Source: an uncultured Bacilli bacterium
GTDB lineage: Bacteria > Bacillota_I > Bacilli_A > RF39 > UBA660
Length of the DNA: 64,000 bases
Reading direction: 5' to 3'
NCBI GenBank assembly: GCA_934095865.1
Contig: CAKOKU010000003.1
Coordinates: 38,593-102,592, forward strand
The translations under genes and the position numbers were made by a program. Positions 44,516 through 53,854 of the stretch are shown one piece after another. How positions within the stretch are numbered: position 1 is the first letter of the stretch; each line of letters starts with the position of its first letter. Under the pieces are notes generated by a model. The model made no database searches. It saw nothing but the letters and a program-made list of their open reading frames with translations, and was not told where the DNA came from.

Positions 44516-45544
44516 TTATAAGTTTATATTATTTGGATTAATGTATTTATTTTTTCTTGGTGTTATTTCTGGCAGTAAGTTATAGTTACCAACTTGGTTA
44601 GAGCTTAAAGGCTCTTTAGCCGTATCTATGATAATATTAAATTTAGTAATTATATCTTCGCCATATTTTTTTTCTATACTATGATAAGTTCTACTAATAT
44701 AGAAAGTATTTGTATTAGCTATTTTACTATTTTCTAAAATTGAATCTAGGCGTACTATTTTATTTAAGGTATCTGCATTATCAATAATTAAGTTGTAATT
44801 GGCTAGATAAAGACCAATCTCATCAATAATAGCATTAGTTAGGCCACAATAATCTTCGTTATCAAAGACAAAAATAGCGTATGGTATATCTAAATCAGTT
44901 AAAGAAATATCTTCAGTACAAATTAAATTTAAGATACTTTCACTACCAATATAAAGGCATAATCTTTCTTTGATTGTAGCCATAATACCACCACGAGTAT
45001 CAATTGGGGCTAGGACGGTACCTGATAAATAAGAATATAGACTATTAGTTACTGATAAACTTTCTAGATAGTCTTTTAATTTGTCAAAGCTTTTCTTTTC
45101 ATATTTCATCATTAAAACATAGATACTACCTAAATTGATTTCTTCTTTAGTTCCTTTTGAAAATAATAAGATAGTTAAACCTACTAGATAATTGGCAGCT
45201 GAATTAATCCAAAAGCTATCTCCTTGATAATCCTTAGTTGATAAAAGTTCTTTATAAATAGAGTTAAGCATTCTAAGACTTAAATCTCTTTTATTGTTTT
45301 GATATAGTTCATATGGTAACTCTAAAATATTAAAACCATTACTTTTTTCAGGTTCATTTAAGTTAATTATTAATGTTCTATATCCTTTTTTATTTAATTC
45401 TTTACCGAATGTTTGATAGTATTCTTTTTTTCTATCAATTATTACTAGATTTTCTTCTTTTTCAAGGGCTTTTTTTATTTGATTAAACATATAACCGGTA
45501 GTTTTGCCACTTTCACTTTTACCAAAAATTAATGTATTTTGCAT
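44516..45544 (-). CDS. soluble VirD4/TraG/TraD-like (type IV coupling protein-like) P-loop NTPase without TM domain
   Basis: Walker A 'GKSESGKT', 'LVIIDRKKEYY...GYRTLIINLNEPEKSNGFNIL', 'DSFWINSAANYLVGLTILL' follow the T4CP layout. The Walker-B position reads 'FVFDNED'. Confidence 0.55.
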   Translation of the reverse strand: MQNTLIFGKSESGKTTGYMFNQIKKALEKEENLVIIDRKKEYYQTFGKELNKKGYRTLIINLNEPEKSNGFNILELPYELYQNNKRDLSLRMLNSIYKELLSTKDYQGDSFWINSAANYLVGLTILLFSKGTKEEINLGSIYVLMMKYEKKSFDKLKDYLESLSVTNSLYSYLSGTVLAPIDTRGGIMATIKERLCLYIGSESILNLICTEDISLTDLDIPYAIFVFDNEDYCGLTNAIIDEIGLYLANYNLIIDNADTLNKIVRLDSILENSKIANTNTFYISRTYHSIEKKYGEDIITKFNIIIDTAKEPLSSNQVGNYNLLPEITPRKNKYINPNNINL

Positions 45545-45546
45545 TT

Positions 45547-45942
45547 TTACCTCAATCTTTCTAAACGTTTTGGATCTGCACTAATATTACCGTCAAGAAT
45601 AATTTTATTGTCTTTAATTCTACTGCGTAAATAATCTATTTTTTTAATTTGTTCTTCAATAACTTTTTCTTTGGCTATTAGTTCAGTTTTTTTATGACGC
45701 ATTAACTCGTCACTATAATTATTTTTATTCTTTTTAATTTCTTCTAAGCTAAAACCAACTTCTTTTAGACTTAAAAATAATTTTAAGTCTTTTAGCTGTT
45801 CTTCTCTGTAATAGCGGTAGCCACTAAATAAATCTATTTCCTTAGGTTTAAAAAGATTTATTTCGTCATAATAACGTAAAGTCTTAATGGGAATGTTGGC
45901 TAATTTAGAGAATTCTCCAATCTTATATAACATATTTTTCAT
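45547..45942 (-). CDS. MerR-family transcriptional regulator
   Basis: 'YKIGEFSKLANIPIKTLRYYDEINLFKP' HTH-wing plus a coiled-coil dimerisation helix; no obvious effector domain. Confidence 0.85.
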   Translation of the reverse strand: MKNMLYKIGEFSKLANIPIKTLRYYDEINLFKPKEIDLFSGYRYYREEQLKDLKLFLSLKEVGFSLEEIKKNKNNYSDELMRHKKTELIAKEKVIEEQIKKIDYLRSRIKDNKIILDGNISADPKRLERLR

Positions 45943-46214
45943 TATTGAAATACGCCTAAAATTAAACCTAAGATAATAAGGAATAATAACAAAAGAAAGT
46001 ATAAAGATACGGGAATACCATTATCATAATTGGTACCGTCATTAATAATGTCAGTGATTTTGTCTTTTGGTCTTTTAGTATCTTTCTTGAAGTTATTACA
46101 TCCTTGGTTATTGCCATAGACATATTCTTTTAAGTATTCACAATAATATTTTTTGCCACCACCATTTCCTTCTTTGCAATATTTTTCTTTTAAAAAAGCA
46201 CATTGTCCACACAT
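45942..46214 (-). CDS. Cys-rich, C-terminally membrane-anchored small protein
   Basis: ATG 46214 after AAAGGAGGAG. 'MCGQCAFLKEKYCKEG...YYCEYL...QGCNNF' then TM 'LYFLLLLFLIILGLILGVF'. TAATG overlap with merR. Confidence 0.55.
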   Translation of the reverse strand: MCGQCAFLKEKYCKEGNGGGKKYYCEYLKEYVYGNNQGCNNFKKDTKRPKDKITDIINDGTNYDNGIPVSLYFLLLLFLIILGLILGVFQ

Positions 46215-46237
46215 GATAACTCCTCCTTTTAAAAAGT

Positions 46238-46268
46238 AAGTTATCATTCCAGCTAGCTGGAGAGTCAA
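46238..46268 (-). promoter_or_regulatory. MerR-type promoter: -35 TTGACT, 14-nt perfect dyad in the spacer, weak -10
   Basis: Minus strand reads TTGACT-c-TCCAGCTAGCTGGA-atGATAACtt. The palindrome occupies 46248-46261. Confidence 0.55.
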
Positions 46269-46291
46269 TGGCTAAATATTATTAATCTTTT

Positions 46292-46663
46292 TTAGAAAGC
46301 ATCTTTTAGTAGGTTATAAGCTTCTTCTTGGCTCATAGTTGCTTTTTTGATGTGGTAATTTGGAAGCAGGTGCATATGATAATGCTTAATTGCTTGGGAC
46401 TTACCATAGTTTACCATGATGCTTATTCCTTCTGAATTGGTTTTATCCATTAAAGTTGGAATTAATTTTTGAGCAACCTTATGAATATGACCTAAAGTTT
46501 TTTCATCCATCTCATTAATATCTGTAATATGTTTTTTAGGAATAATTAGCGTATGGGCATCGCTATTGGGATAAAGATCTAAAATAGCAATGACTGTGTC
46601 GTCTTCATATATTTTTTTACAAGGTACATTTCCTTTAATCATTTCACAAAATAAACAATCCAT
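46292..46663 (-). CDS. HIT-family (histidine triad) nucleotide hydrolase
   Basis: 'CLFCEMIKG' and 'HYHMHLLP' histidine triad. Confidence 0.9.
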   Translation of the reverse strand: MDCLFCEMIKGNVPCKKIYEDDTVIAILDLYPNSDAHTLIIPKKHITDINEMDEKTLGHIHKVAQKLIPTLMDKTNSEGISIMVNYGKSQAIKHYHMHLLPNYHIKKATMSQEEAYNLLKDAF

Positions 46664-46738
46664 TTATAATCATCTCCGTTTTTAGTATATCATGGATAAT
46701 CTTAAATAGAAAGATTTCCTTATTTTTAGTAAGTAAAA

Positions 46739-47887
46739 TTATTCTTCTTTTTTCTTCTGGGAAAAATAAATTAATTTTCTTTGTCTTTTTTTGGCTGGTG
46801 TATCATTTTTGAGAACTTTTTTAGCTGGTCTATCATCAGTATCAGGCAGATTCAATACTATTTCTTTAGCTAATCTTGAGAGACTAGTATTAGCTTCTTT
46901 CATGGAATCAACGTAGATAATATTGCCTTCTAAATTTGTATATTTAGCACCCTTTATAAATAAAAGTTCAGGATTATAATGGAATATGCTGTTTTCTTGG
47001 TAAGATTCTCTAATTAAACCTAGAAGTTCAATATCCATAGGAATATTTTCTTTAATTAAAGCTCTTAAGTAGCACGTACGGTTAGTGATTTTTCGCTTAG
47101 TTAATTCATCTTCTGGATCTATGAAAACGGGAGTAATGGTGTGTTCATAAGAATAACAGTAATAATGATTTAAAACAATAAGGGCACATAGGGCTTCTTT
47201 GTCAATTAAGGTACGGCCATTAATTTTAGTATATAGATTTTCGGCATCAGTAAAACCAAAAGTAATAGTAAACCAATCTTGATTTTTATACCTGACATAT
47301 AATTTAAGAGATTTACCTAAAAAAGGGAGATTATTTAATAGGACAATAATATTGGTATCTATTTTTTCTTTTTCAATCGAAGTTTTCAGATTAATTGTGG
47401 ATTTTCTAAAACTGTTGAAATTATAGTGAACAATTAAGTTGCCAAGAAAACTTGAATTTAACATATTAGATAAAAGGGTAACCATTGTTTCAATGCTAGT
47501 GGTAGTAGCAAGAACATCTCTTACTTCACTCGTGAATATTCTACTGGTTAGTCTTTTTATTTCTCTTAATATTTTTTTCGACTGAACTTGGTATTCTTCA
47601 GTTTGCAATTTTTCATCATTAGGAATCTGCGTAATACTTAGTTTACAATCTTGATAACAAGGTAGGTTAGGATGCTCATTATCACTATAAATAAGACTAA
47701 AAACGGTTAGATAACAAATAAATGACTCAAAAGATATAGGAGTATTATTTAAGAAAAAGATAAATTCTTTAATTGAACAGTCATAAAAGTATTGAAGGTT
47801 ATATGGAGCGTTGTATTTATTAGTCAAGGTTATTTCTAACCCATGATTATTATTTATATTTTCTGCAAGTATACTTATCAAATCCAT
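46739..47887 (-). CDS. 382-aa protein of unknown function with Lys/Arg-rich C-terminal tail
   Basis: Long ORF with coding-like composition. No motif I recognise. Ends 'PAKKVLKNDTPAKKRQRKLIYFSQKKKEE'. Confidence 0.5.
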   Translation of the reverse strand: MDLISILAENINNNHGLEITLTNKYNAPYNLQYFYDCSIKEFIFFLNNTPISFESFICYLTVFSLIYSDNEHPNLPCYQDCKLSITQIPNDEKLQTEEYQVQSKKILREIKRLTSRIFTSEVRDVLATTTSIETMVTLLSNMLNSSFLGNLIVHYNFNSFRKSTINLKTSIEKEKIDTNIIVLLNNLPFLGKSLKLYVRYKNQDWFTITFGFTDAENLYTKINGRTLIDKEALCALIVLNHYYCYSYEHTITPVFIDPEDELTKRKITNRTCYLRALIKENIPMDIELLGLIRESYQENSIFHYNPELLFIKGAKYTNLEGNIIYVDSMKEANTSLSRLAKEIVLNLPDTDDRPAKKVLKNDTPAKKRQRKLIYFSQKKKEE

Positions 47888-48092
47888 AAATCTTCACCGT
47901 ATTAATTATTTTACCATAATGTGTGTTGAATGCAATAAAATAGTTATATATTTATTTAATTTATTTTCTAAAAAATCACTTTACTTATATTTAACAGAAA
48001 AATGTAATATTCTTGTAAAGTAATGTCGAAATATGGTAAAAGAGAGGATTTATATTGTAAAATTTTATTAAATTATGGTACTATTAAAATAG

Positions 48093-48644
48093 GTGATAGA
48101 TAGTATGGATAAGATAATGGTAATTGCTCGTGAAATTATGGAATATTTTAGTTCTTTAAATGTATATGATATTGTATTTTTAACTGCCAATATATTGTTA
48201 ATGCTATTATTAGTAACGTTTATATATGTATTAAAGATTAAAGATAATAAAGAAGATAAAATAGATGCCGTAGAAATTGATAATAGTGATATTTCTCTTA
48301 ATGATTTAACTCTTAAAGTAGAAAAAGAAGTAGTTGTTCGTTCTGATTTAACTAAGTTTGAAAATGAAGAAGAAACTAAGGCTATTATTAGTTATGATGA
48401 ACTTGTTAATACTCAAAGTATTCCTGTTTTAAAGTATAAGGAAGAAGAAGAAATTGAAGGGTTATTAGTTAAGGCTATTGATGTTAATAATTTGATTGAA
48501 ACTATGGATCCTAAACCAATTAGTCATCCAGCAAGTTATAATGTTAATAAGACTAAAAGACATACTGCTATTAGTGATTCTAAAGAAGAAGAATTTTTAT
48601 TAACTTTGAAAAAGTTAGAGAGTATGGTAAATAAGGAGATTTAA
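48093..48644 (+). CDS. single-pass membrane protein, acidic C-terminal region
   Basis: TM 'IVFLTANILLMLLLVTFIYVL'. An alternative ATG lies at 48105. Confidence 0.5.
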   Translation: MIDSMDKIMVIAREIMEYFSSLNVYDIVFLTANILLMLLLVTFIYVLKIKDNKEDKIDAVEIDNSDISLNDLTLKVEKEVVVRSDLTKFENEEETKAIISYDELVNTQSIPVLKYKEEEEIEGLLVKAIDVNNLIETMDPKPISHPASYNVNKTKRHTAISDSKEEEFLLTLKKLESMVNKEI

Positions 48645-48681
48645 AGTCTTCTTTTTTTGTATGGAAGAAATTTTGCTTAAA

Positions 48682-48716
48682 AAAGACTCGTTTTATAATT
48701 TGATTAACGAGTCTTT
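48682..48716 (-). terminator. terminator of the priming-transferase gene
   Basis: AAAGACTCGTT-13 nt-AACGAGTCTTT, a perfect 11-bp stem; the A6 on the plus strand gives a U-run on the minus transcript. Confidence 0.7.
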
Positions 48717-48720
48717 ATCA

Positions 48721-49383
48721 TTATTTTGCACCTTTTTCAAATAATACAGCAGCAATAGTTAAGAATACGCATTTAATATCTAAAATAAGATTGCAATTTT
48801 TACAATAGAAATATTCTAATTCTAATCTCTTTTCGTATGTTGTAGCACTTCTACCATTGGCTGCCCACCATCCAGAAATTCCGGGACGTACACTTTCGTA
48901 GATTTCATGGTTGCCATTGTGAGCATCAAGTTCGCCATCGACAAGTGGTCGTGGTCCAATCATTGACATATCACCTTTAAGGACATTAATGAATTGTGGT
49001 AATTCATCTAATGATGTTTTTCTTAAAATTGCTCCAATTTTGGTTATTCTTGGGTCATTTTCAAATTTTTGATTTAAATCCCATTCTTTTTTATAAACTG
49101 GATCCTTTAGTAATTCTTTTAAAACTTCATCAGCGTTATATACCATGCTTCTAAATTTGTATATGTATATATATTTTCCGTTTTTTCCAATTCTTTTTTG
49201 TTTATAAAATATTGACTTTTTATCTCCAGTAATTACATAACATATTTTTGTTATTATGGCTACTGGAATTAATACTATAATTCCGATTAGTGAACAGATT
49301 ATATCAAATAACCTTTTAATGCCTAAATATGTTATTTTTCTAATTGATACAGTATTTTCTTTTTCTAAAACTTCGCTATTCAT
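48721..49383 (-). CDS. undecaprenyl-phosphate sugar phosphotransferase (initiating PGT, small WbaP/CpsE/PglC type)
   Basis: 'KRLFDIICSLIGIIVLIPV', 'YKFRSM', 'DPRITKIGAILRKTSLDELPQFINVLKGDMSMIGPRP'. ATG 49383 after GGGAGA. Confidence 0.9.
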   Translation of the reverse strand: MNSEVLEKENTVSIRKITYLGIKRLFDIICSLIGIIVLIPVAIITKICYVITGDKKSIFYKQKRIGKNGKYIYIYKFRSMVYNADEVLKELLKDPVYKKEWDLNQKFENDPRITKIGAILRKTSLDELPQFINVLKGDMSMIGPRPLVDGELDAHNGNHEIYESVRPGISGWWAANGRSATTYEKRLELEYFYCKNCNLILDIKCVFLTIAAVLFEKGAK

Positions 49384-49577
49384 AATATTCTCCCATAATA
49401 CACAATAAACTTTCAAACAAGCAAAAGTATTATAACATATATGATAATAATTTGGTATTCCTTTTTATGGAAAAATATATTTTTTATCAATATCATATTT
49501 TTTGTGATAGAGTATTGCTTATAGATTGTTTTTTTGGGCGTAGTGGGCGTAGATTAATTAGAAAGTAGTGATAAATA

Positions 49578-50081
49578 ATGGCTATAAAGTGGAACTTTAA
49601 TACAAAATATGACTTCAATAATAAGAATTTTCAAAAAATATTTGATTTTTATGTTATTAAGTGTCCTGTTAAAGCTACTAGTTGTAGAGGCATCTCTTTT
49701 AAGGAGAGAGGCATTGAACTAAAGAGTTTGATTAGTAAAATTAAAAAATCTTCAGATGAGTTCAGTAAGAATTGGGAAGTAATTGATACAAAGGATCTTG
49801 TAGCGTTTTTGTTAGATAAAAAGATATATGCTAATCTTAATAAGATTTATGAATTTGGCTATCATACAAAGAGTGGTAACTTAGGTAAGTTAGAATCTTT
49901 ATTTTACGCAATAAGATGTGCATTTGCACATGGCTCTTTTGCCATACACAAATGCAATGGAAAAGTATACTATTTATTAGAAAATAAGTATAATAGGACT
50001 TTAAGAGGAAGAATTTGTATTAAGGAAGATACATTATTAGATTTTATTAAAATAATCGAAGTTAATAGCCAAAAAAATTAA
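49578..50081 (+). CDS. hypothetical protein with possible HEPN-like Rx4H motif
   Basis: 'LESLFYAIRCAFAHGSFAI' resembles the R-x4-H (…RNAxAHG…) signature of HEPN RNase families; nothing else recognisable. Confidence 0.3.
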   Translation: MAIKWNFNTKYDFNNKNFQKIFDFYVIKCPVKATSCRGISFKERGIELKSLISKIKKSSDEFSKNWEVIDTKDLVAFLLDKKIYANLNKIYEFGYHTKSGNLGKLESLFYAIRCAFAHGSFAIHKCNGKVYYLLENKYNRTLRGRICIKEDTLLDFIKIIEVNSQKN

Positions 50082-50160
50082 TAGAATTATATTTATATAT
50101 ATGGTAATATATTTATGACTTATTAAACTAGTCTTTTTTTAAAAGTCAATAATTTAGGGT

Positions 50161-50188
50161 TTGACTTTGATAGTAATACTAGTATAAT
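50161..50188 (+). promoter_or_regulatory. sigma-A promoter of the EPS biosynthesis operon
   Basis: TTGACT (50161-50166), 16 nt, TATAAT (50183-50188). Confidence 0.55.
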
Positions 50189-50251
50189 AATATTGTTTTA
50201 TGAGTTATTTTGTTTGTATGTATTTATTTAGATAGTAAGGAAGTAGATGTA

Positions 50252-51100
50252 ATGAAAAAAGTTGACATAATTTGTCCATTATATAACGCAGAAAGTTATA
50301 TAGAAAATTTGCATAAATCATTTCTTATGCAAAAAAAAGTTAAAATAGGTGAGATAAGATACGTTTTAACTGAATGCAATGATGGTACAGAGGCTTATTT
50401 AACAGATAATAATATTGAATATAAGAAAATTAAAAAAAGTGAATTTTCACATAGTCTAGTTAGAGAAAAAGAAGCTATGGAAAGCGATTCTGATGTAGTT
50501 GCATTTGTTACACAAGATGTAGTTATTGATGATGAGCTTTGGCTTTATAATTTAACTAAAGACATTGGCAAAGATGGTATAGTTGCTGCCTATTCAAAAC
50601 AAGTTACTAAATATAACAATATTGAAAAATATACAAGAGAAGCAAACTATCCATCAGAATCTAAAGTTGTGTCAAAAGATGATATCCCTGTATTAGGATT
50701 AAAAACATTTTTTTTCTCAGATGCTAGTTCTGCGATTGATACTAAAGTGTTCAAAAAATTAAATGGTTATGATGGAAAAAATTTACCAATAAGTGAAGAC
50801 ATGTATATTGCTTATAAGATTATTACTGGTGGTTATAAGATAAAATACTGTGCAGAATCAGTAGTTCATCATTCTCATAATTTTACTTTAAAGGAAGTTT
50901 ATGATAGATATAAACTAACTGGCAAGTTTTTTAGAGAAAATAGTTATTTAGATAATTATGGCACAAATAAATCTGGTGGTGGCCTTGCAAAATATGTATT
51001 GAAAAGGGCAATTCAAGAGAAAAATATTAAAGTTTTATTAAGATTTTTACCTGACATGGGTGCTAGATTTATTGGAATGAAAGTAGGAAAAAGAAAATGA
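50252..51100 (+). CDS. glycosyltransferase family 2
   Basis: 'VDIICPLYNAESYI', 'DASSAI', 'ISEDMYIAYKI' GT-A features. ATG 50252 after AAGGAAG. Confidence 0.75.
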   Translation: MKKVDIICPLYNAESYIENLHKSFLMQKKVKIGEIRYVLTECNDGTEAYLTDNNIEYKKIKKSEFSHSLVREKEAMESDSDVVAFVTQDVVIDDELWLYNLTKDIGKDGIVAAYSKQVTKYNNIEKYTREANYPSESKVVSKDDIPVLGLKTFFFSDASSAIDTKVFKKLNGYDGKNLPISEDMYIAYKIITGGYKIKYCAESVVHHSHNFTLKEVYDRYKLTGKFFRENSYLDNYGTNKSGGGLAKYVLKRAIQEKNIKVLLRFLPDMGARFIGMKVGKRK

Positions 51101-52068
51101 ATAATGAGTTAATATCAATTATTGTTCCAATCTATAATGTTGAAAATTATCTTGAAAGGTGTATCAAATCATTATTATCACAAGATTATGAAAATATTGA
51201 GATAATTTTAGTTGATGATGGCTCTACTGATAATTCGGCCCGCATTTGCCAAAAATATTTAGAGGACAATAGGGTAAGATATTTCTATAAAAAAAATGGT
51301 GGCTTATCAGATGCAAGAAATTTTGGAATGTCTAAGATGAATGGACAGTATGTTACATTTGTAGATAGCGATGATGCTATTTCGAATGATTTTATTTCGT
51401 ATAATTACAAAAGTTTAATGAATAGTGGGGCAGATATATCAGTATGTAACATGGAATTCGTATATGATGATAAAGTGAGAAACATTAGTAAAAGGGATGT
51501 CAATTTTGTTTTAACGAAAGACGATGTTATAGAAAAAATGTTATATGGTAAACATTATTTTATATCTGCGTGTGGAAAATTATATCACAAAAAAGTGTTT
51601 GAAAATGTTATGTTTCCGGTAGGGCAATCTTTTGAAGATATTAATACAACATATAAACTATATTTGAATTCGAATAAAATTGTATGCAGTCAATACCCAA
51701 GATACTATTATTTTATTAGAGAAAATTCAATAACAACGGCTAAGTTCTCAAAAAAGAATTTGGAACAAATATATGCAACTGATTCAATGTGTGATCACAT
51801 AAAAAATATTAATAGTAAATTTTCTACTGCTTGTTTAAGAAGAAAAATATATGCTAGAATAAGCACTTATTGTAAAATGCTTAATTGTAATTATAGAGAT
51901 AAAGATTTAGAAGACAAAATAATTGAGTATATAAAATGTAATAAAAATAGTGTAATGAAAGACAAAAAAGTGTCTTTAGAAGATAAGATGTCAATTATTT
52001 TGATAGTTTATTTTAGAGTTATTTTTGATAGTGCTTGGAAATTTAGAAATAAAATAAGAAGGAAGTAA
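51097..52068 (+). CDS. glycosyltransferase family 2
   Basis: 'ISIIVPIYNVENYLERCIKSLLSQDYENIEIILVDDGSTDNS', 'FVDSDD'. Confidence 0.9.
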   Translation: MNNELISIIVPIYNVENYLERCIKSLLSQDYENIEIILVDDGSTDNSARICQKYLEDNRVRYFYKKNGGLSDARNFGMSKMNGQYVTFVDSDDAISNDFISYNYKSLMNSGADISVCNMEFVYDDKVRNISKRDVNFVLTKDDVIEKMLYGKHYFISACGKLYHKKVFENVMFPVGQSFEDINTTYKLYLNSNKIVCSQYPRYYYFIRENSITTAKFSKKNLEQIYATDSMCDHIKNINSKFSTACLRRKIYARISTYCKMLNCNYRDKDLEDKIIEYIKCNKNSVMKDKKVSLEDKMSIILIVYFRVIFDSAWKFRNKIRRK

Positions 52069-52073
52069 CTGAT

Positions 52074-52994
52074 ATGAAAAATTGTATGTTAAGTGTTATT
52101 ATTACAACATATAAACGTAGTGATACCTTGGATAGAGCTATAAACAGTGTGTTATGTGAAAATGGAGATTATGAGGTAATTGTTGTTGATGATAATGATG
52201 AAAATTCTGAGTATAGAATTAGTACTGAAAATGATATGCAAAAGTATTTAAAAAATAATAATTTTCTTTATTTAAAACATAAAAAAAATAAGAATGGTGC
52301 TGCTGCTAGAAATACTGGAATTAAAGCTGCACATGGTAAATATATTACATTTTTGGATGATGATGATGAATTCGTTAAAGATAGAATTCCAATGATTATT
52401 GAGGCAATGGAAAATGGGGCTGACTTTGTTTGTACGGGAATTATATATAAGAAAAATGGCCAAAAAGTTGGTGCGAAACATCCAAATATTTCTGACAAAA
52501 ACGTACAAAAATTACAGTGCGACATTCTTAGTCAAAAATCTTTTATAGGTACTGGCAGTAATATGGTTTGCAGAACCAAACTTGTAAGAGAAATTGAAGG
52601 CTTTGATGAAGAATTTATTAGACATCAGGACTTAGAATTCTTAATTAGATATTTAGAAAAATGCAAAAAAGTTGTGGAATTAAAAGAAAAGCTTGTAGTT
52701 AAAAATATAGATAGTAGTATTAATTTTCCTAGCTTTGATAAATTATATAGTGTCAAAAAAATGTTTTTTTCAAAATTTCAATCTCTTATTTCTTCGCAAG
52801 ATTTAAAGATTCAAAAGGAGATTTATAAAAGAAATATTAATGAGTTAATAAAAGCAGCATGTAATTCTGCAAAAAAAGAAAATATAGTAGAATCGATTAA
52901 ATTCGCAAAAAAGTATAATGTTTATTCTTTTATTGATTTTAACTATATTTATTTTAGAGCTTGTGTAAAGAGACTAGTGAAAGGAGCGAAATAA
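52074..52994 (+). CDS. glycosyltransferase family 2
   Basis: 'LSVIITTYKRSDTLDRAINSVL', 'VIVVDDND', 'FLDDDDEF'. Confidence 0.85.
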   Translation: MKNCMLSVIITTYKRSDTLDRAINSVLCENGDYEVIVVDDNDENSEYRISTENDMQKYLKNNNFLYLKHKKNKNGAAARNTGIKAAHGKYITFLDDDDEFVKDRIPMIIEAMENGADFVCTGIIYKKNGQKVGAKHPNISDKNVQKLQCDILSQKSFIGTGSNMVCRTKLVREIEGFDEEFIRHQDLEFLIRYLEKCKKVVELKEKLVVKNIDSSINFPSFDKLYSVKKMFFSKFQSLISSQDLKIQKEIYKRNINELIKAACNSAKKENIVESIKFAKKYNVYSFIDFNYIYFRACVKRLVKGAK

Positions 52995-52999
52995 TTAAA

Positions 53000-53854
53000 A
53001 TGAAGCAAAGAATTTTAATGTTTGTTTTAAGTTTATTACCACATGATATTGCTCATAAAATATTGTACAGAATTTATAGTGGAAAAAAATTAAATTTGAA
53101 TGAACCTGTTACCCTTAACGAAAAAATTCAATGGCTTATTGTGAATGAATATGGTGCGAATGAAGCAATCTTAACTGATAAATATCTGGTTAAAGAAAAA
53201 ATTGCTAATATGAAATTACCAAATTTAAATATTCCAAAAACGCTTTTTGTTTTAAAAAGTACTAACGATTTAAAGAATATAAATTTTGATAGTTTGCCCA
53301 ATAAATTCGTTATAAAGTGTAATCATGGTTCTGGTAATGTGTTTGTTTGCAGTAGTAAGACTGATTTTGATAAAAAAATAAAAATTTTATTTAAAGATTT
53401 AAAAAAAGATTTCTCAAAAAAAACATTGGAATATCATTATAAATATATAAAACCAGTTATTTTGATTGAAGAATTTTTAGAAACCAAAAGTGGTAGTTTG
53501 CCAGAAGATTATAAATTTTTTTCGTATAATGGCAAAACCAAATGCGTAATGGTGTGTACTGATAGAGAAAATGGTTATAAAGCAACTTTTTTTGATAAAA
53601 ATTGGAATAGATTAAATTATTCAACCCATGAGGAAACGAAAAACATGCCAAGGCCACAAAATTTTGAACAAATGTGGGACATATCTGAAAAACTTTCTCT
53701 AAATCACAAGTTTGTTCGAGTTGATTTATATAACATAAATGGAAAAATATATTTTGGCGAATTAACTTTTACACCAGCAGCTGGGCTGAGTAAAACGTAT
53801 ACAGAGCAGGCTGATATTGAATTAGGCTCTTATTTGGATATTGGTGATAATTGA
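53000..53854 (+). CDS. TupA-like ATP-grasp enzyme
   Basis: 'LNEKIQWL', 'KCNHGSG', 'EDYKFFSYNGK', 'VRVDLYNINGKIYFGELTFTPAAG'. ATG 53000 after AAAGGAG. Confidence 0.75.
   Translation: MKQRILMFVLSLLPHDIAHKILYRIYSGKKLNLNEPVTLNEKIQWLIVNEYGANEAILTDKYLVKEKIANMKLPNLNIPKTLFVLKSTNDLKNINFDSLPNKFVIKCNHGSGNVFVCSSKTDFDKKIKILFKDLKKDFSKKTLEYHYKYIKPVILIEEFLETKSGSLPEDYKFFSYNGKTKCVMVCTDRENGYKATFFDKNWNRLNYSTHEETKNMPRPQNFEQMWDISEKLSLNHKFVRVDLYNINGKIYFGELTFTPAAGLSKTYTEQADIELGSYLDIGDN

Noticed and set aside
46215-46268. N-terminal extension of the Cys-rich protein (track start 46268).
   Set aside because: The extension covers the promoter and dyad operator. A strong RBS precedes the ATG at 46214.
47888-48092. Longer intergenic regions (47888-48092, 49417-49577, 58938-59164) scanned for tRNA or small RNA genes.
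   Set aside because: No cloverleaf-compatible GC-rich stems or conserved tRNA boxes were seen. They appear to be AT-rich promoter regions.
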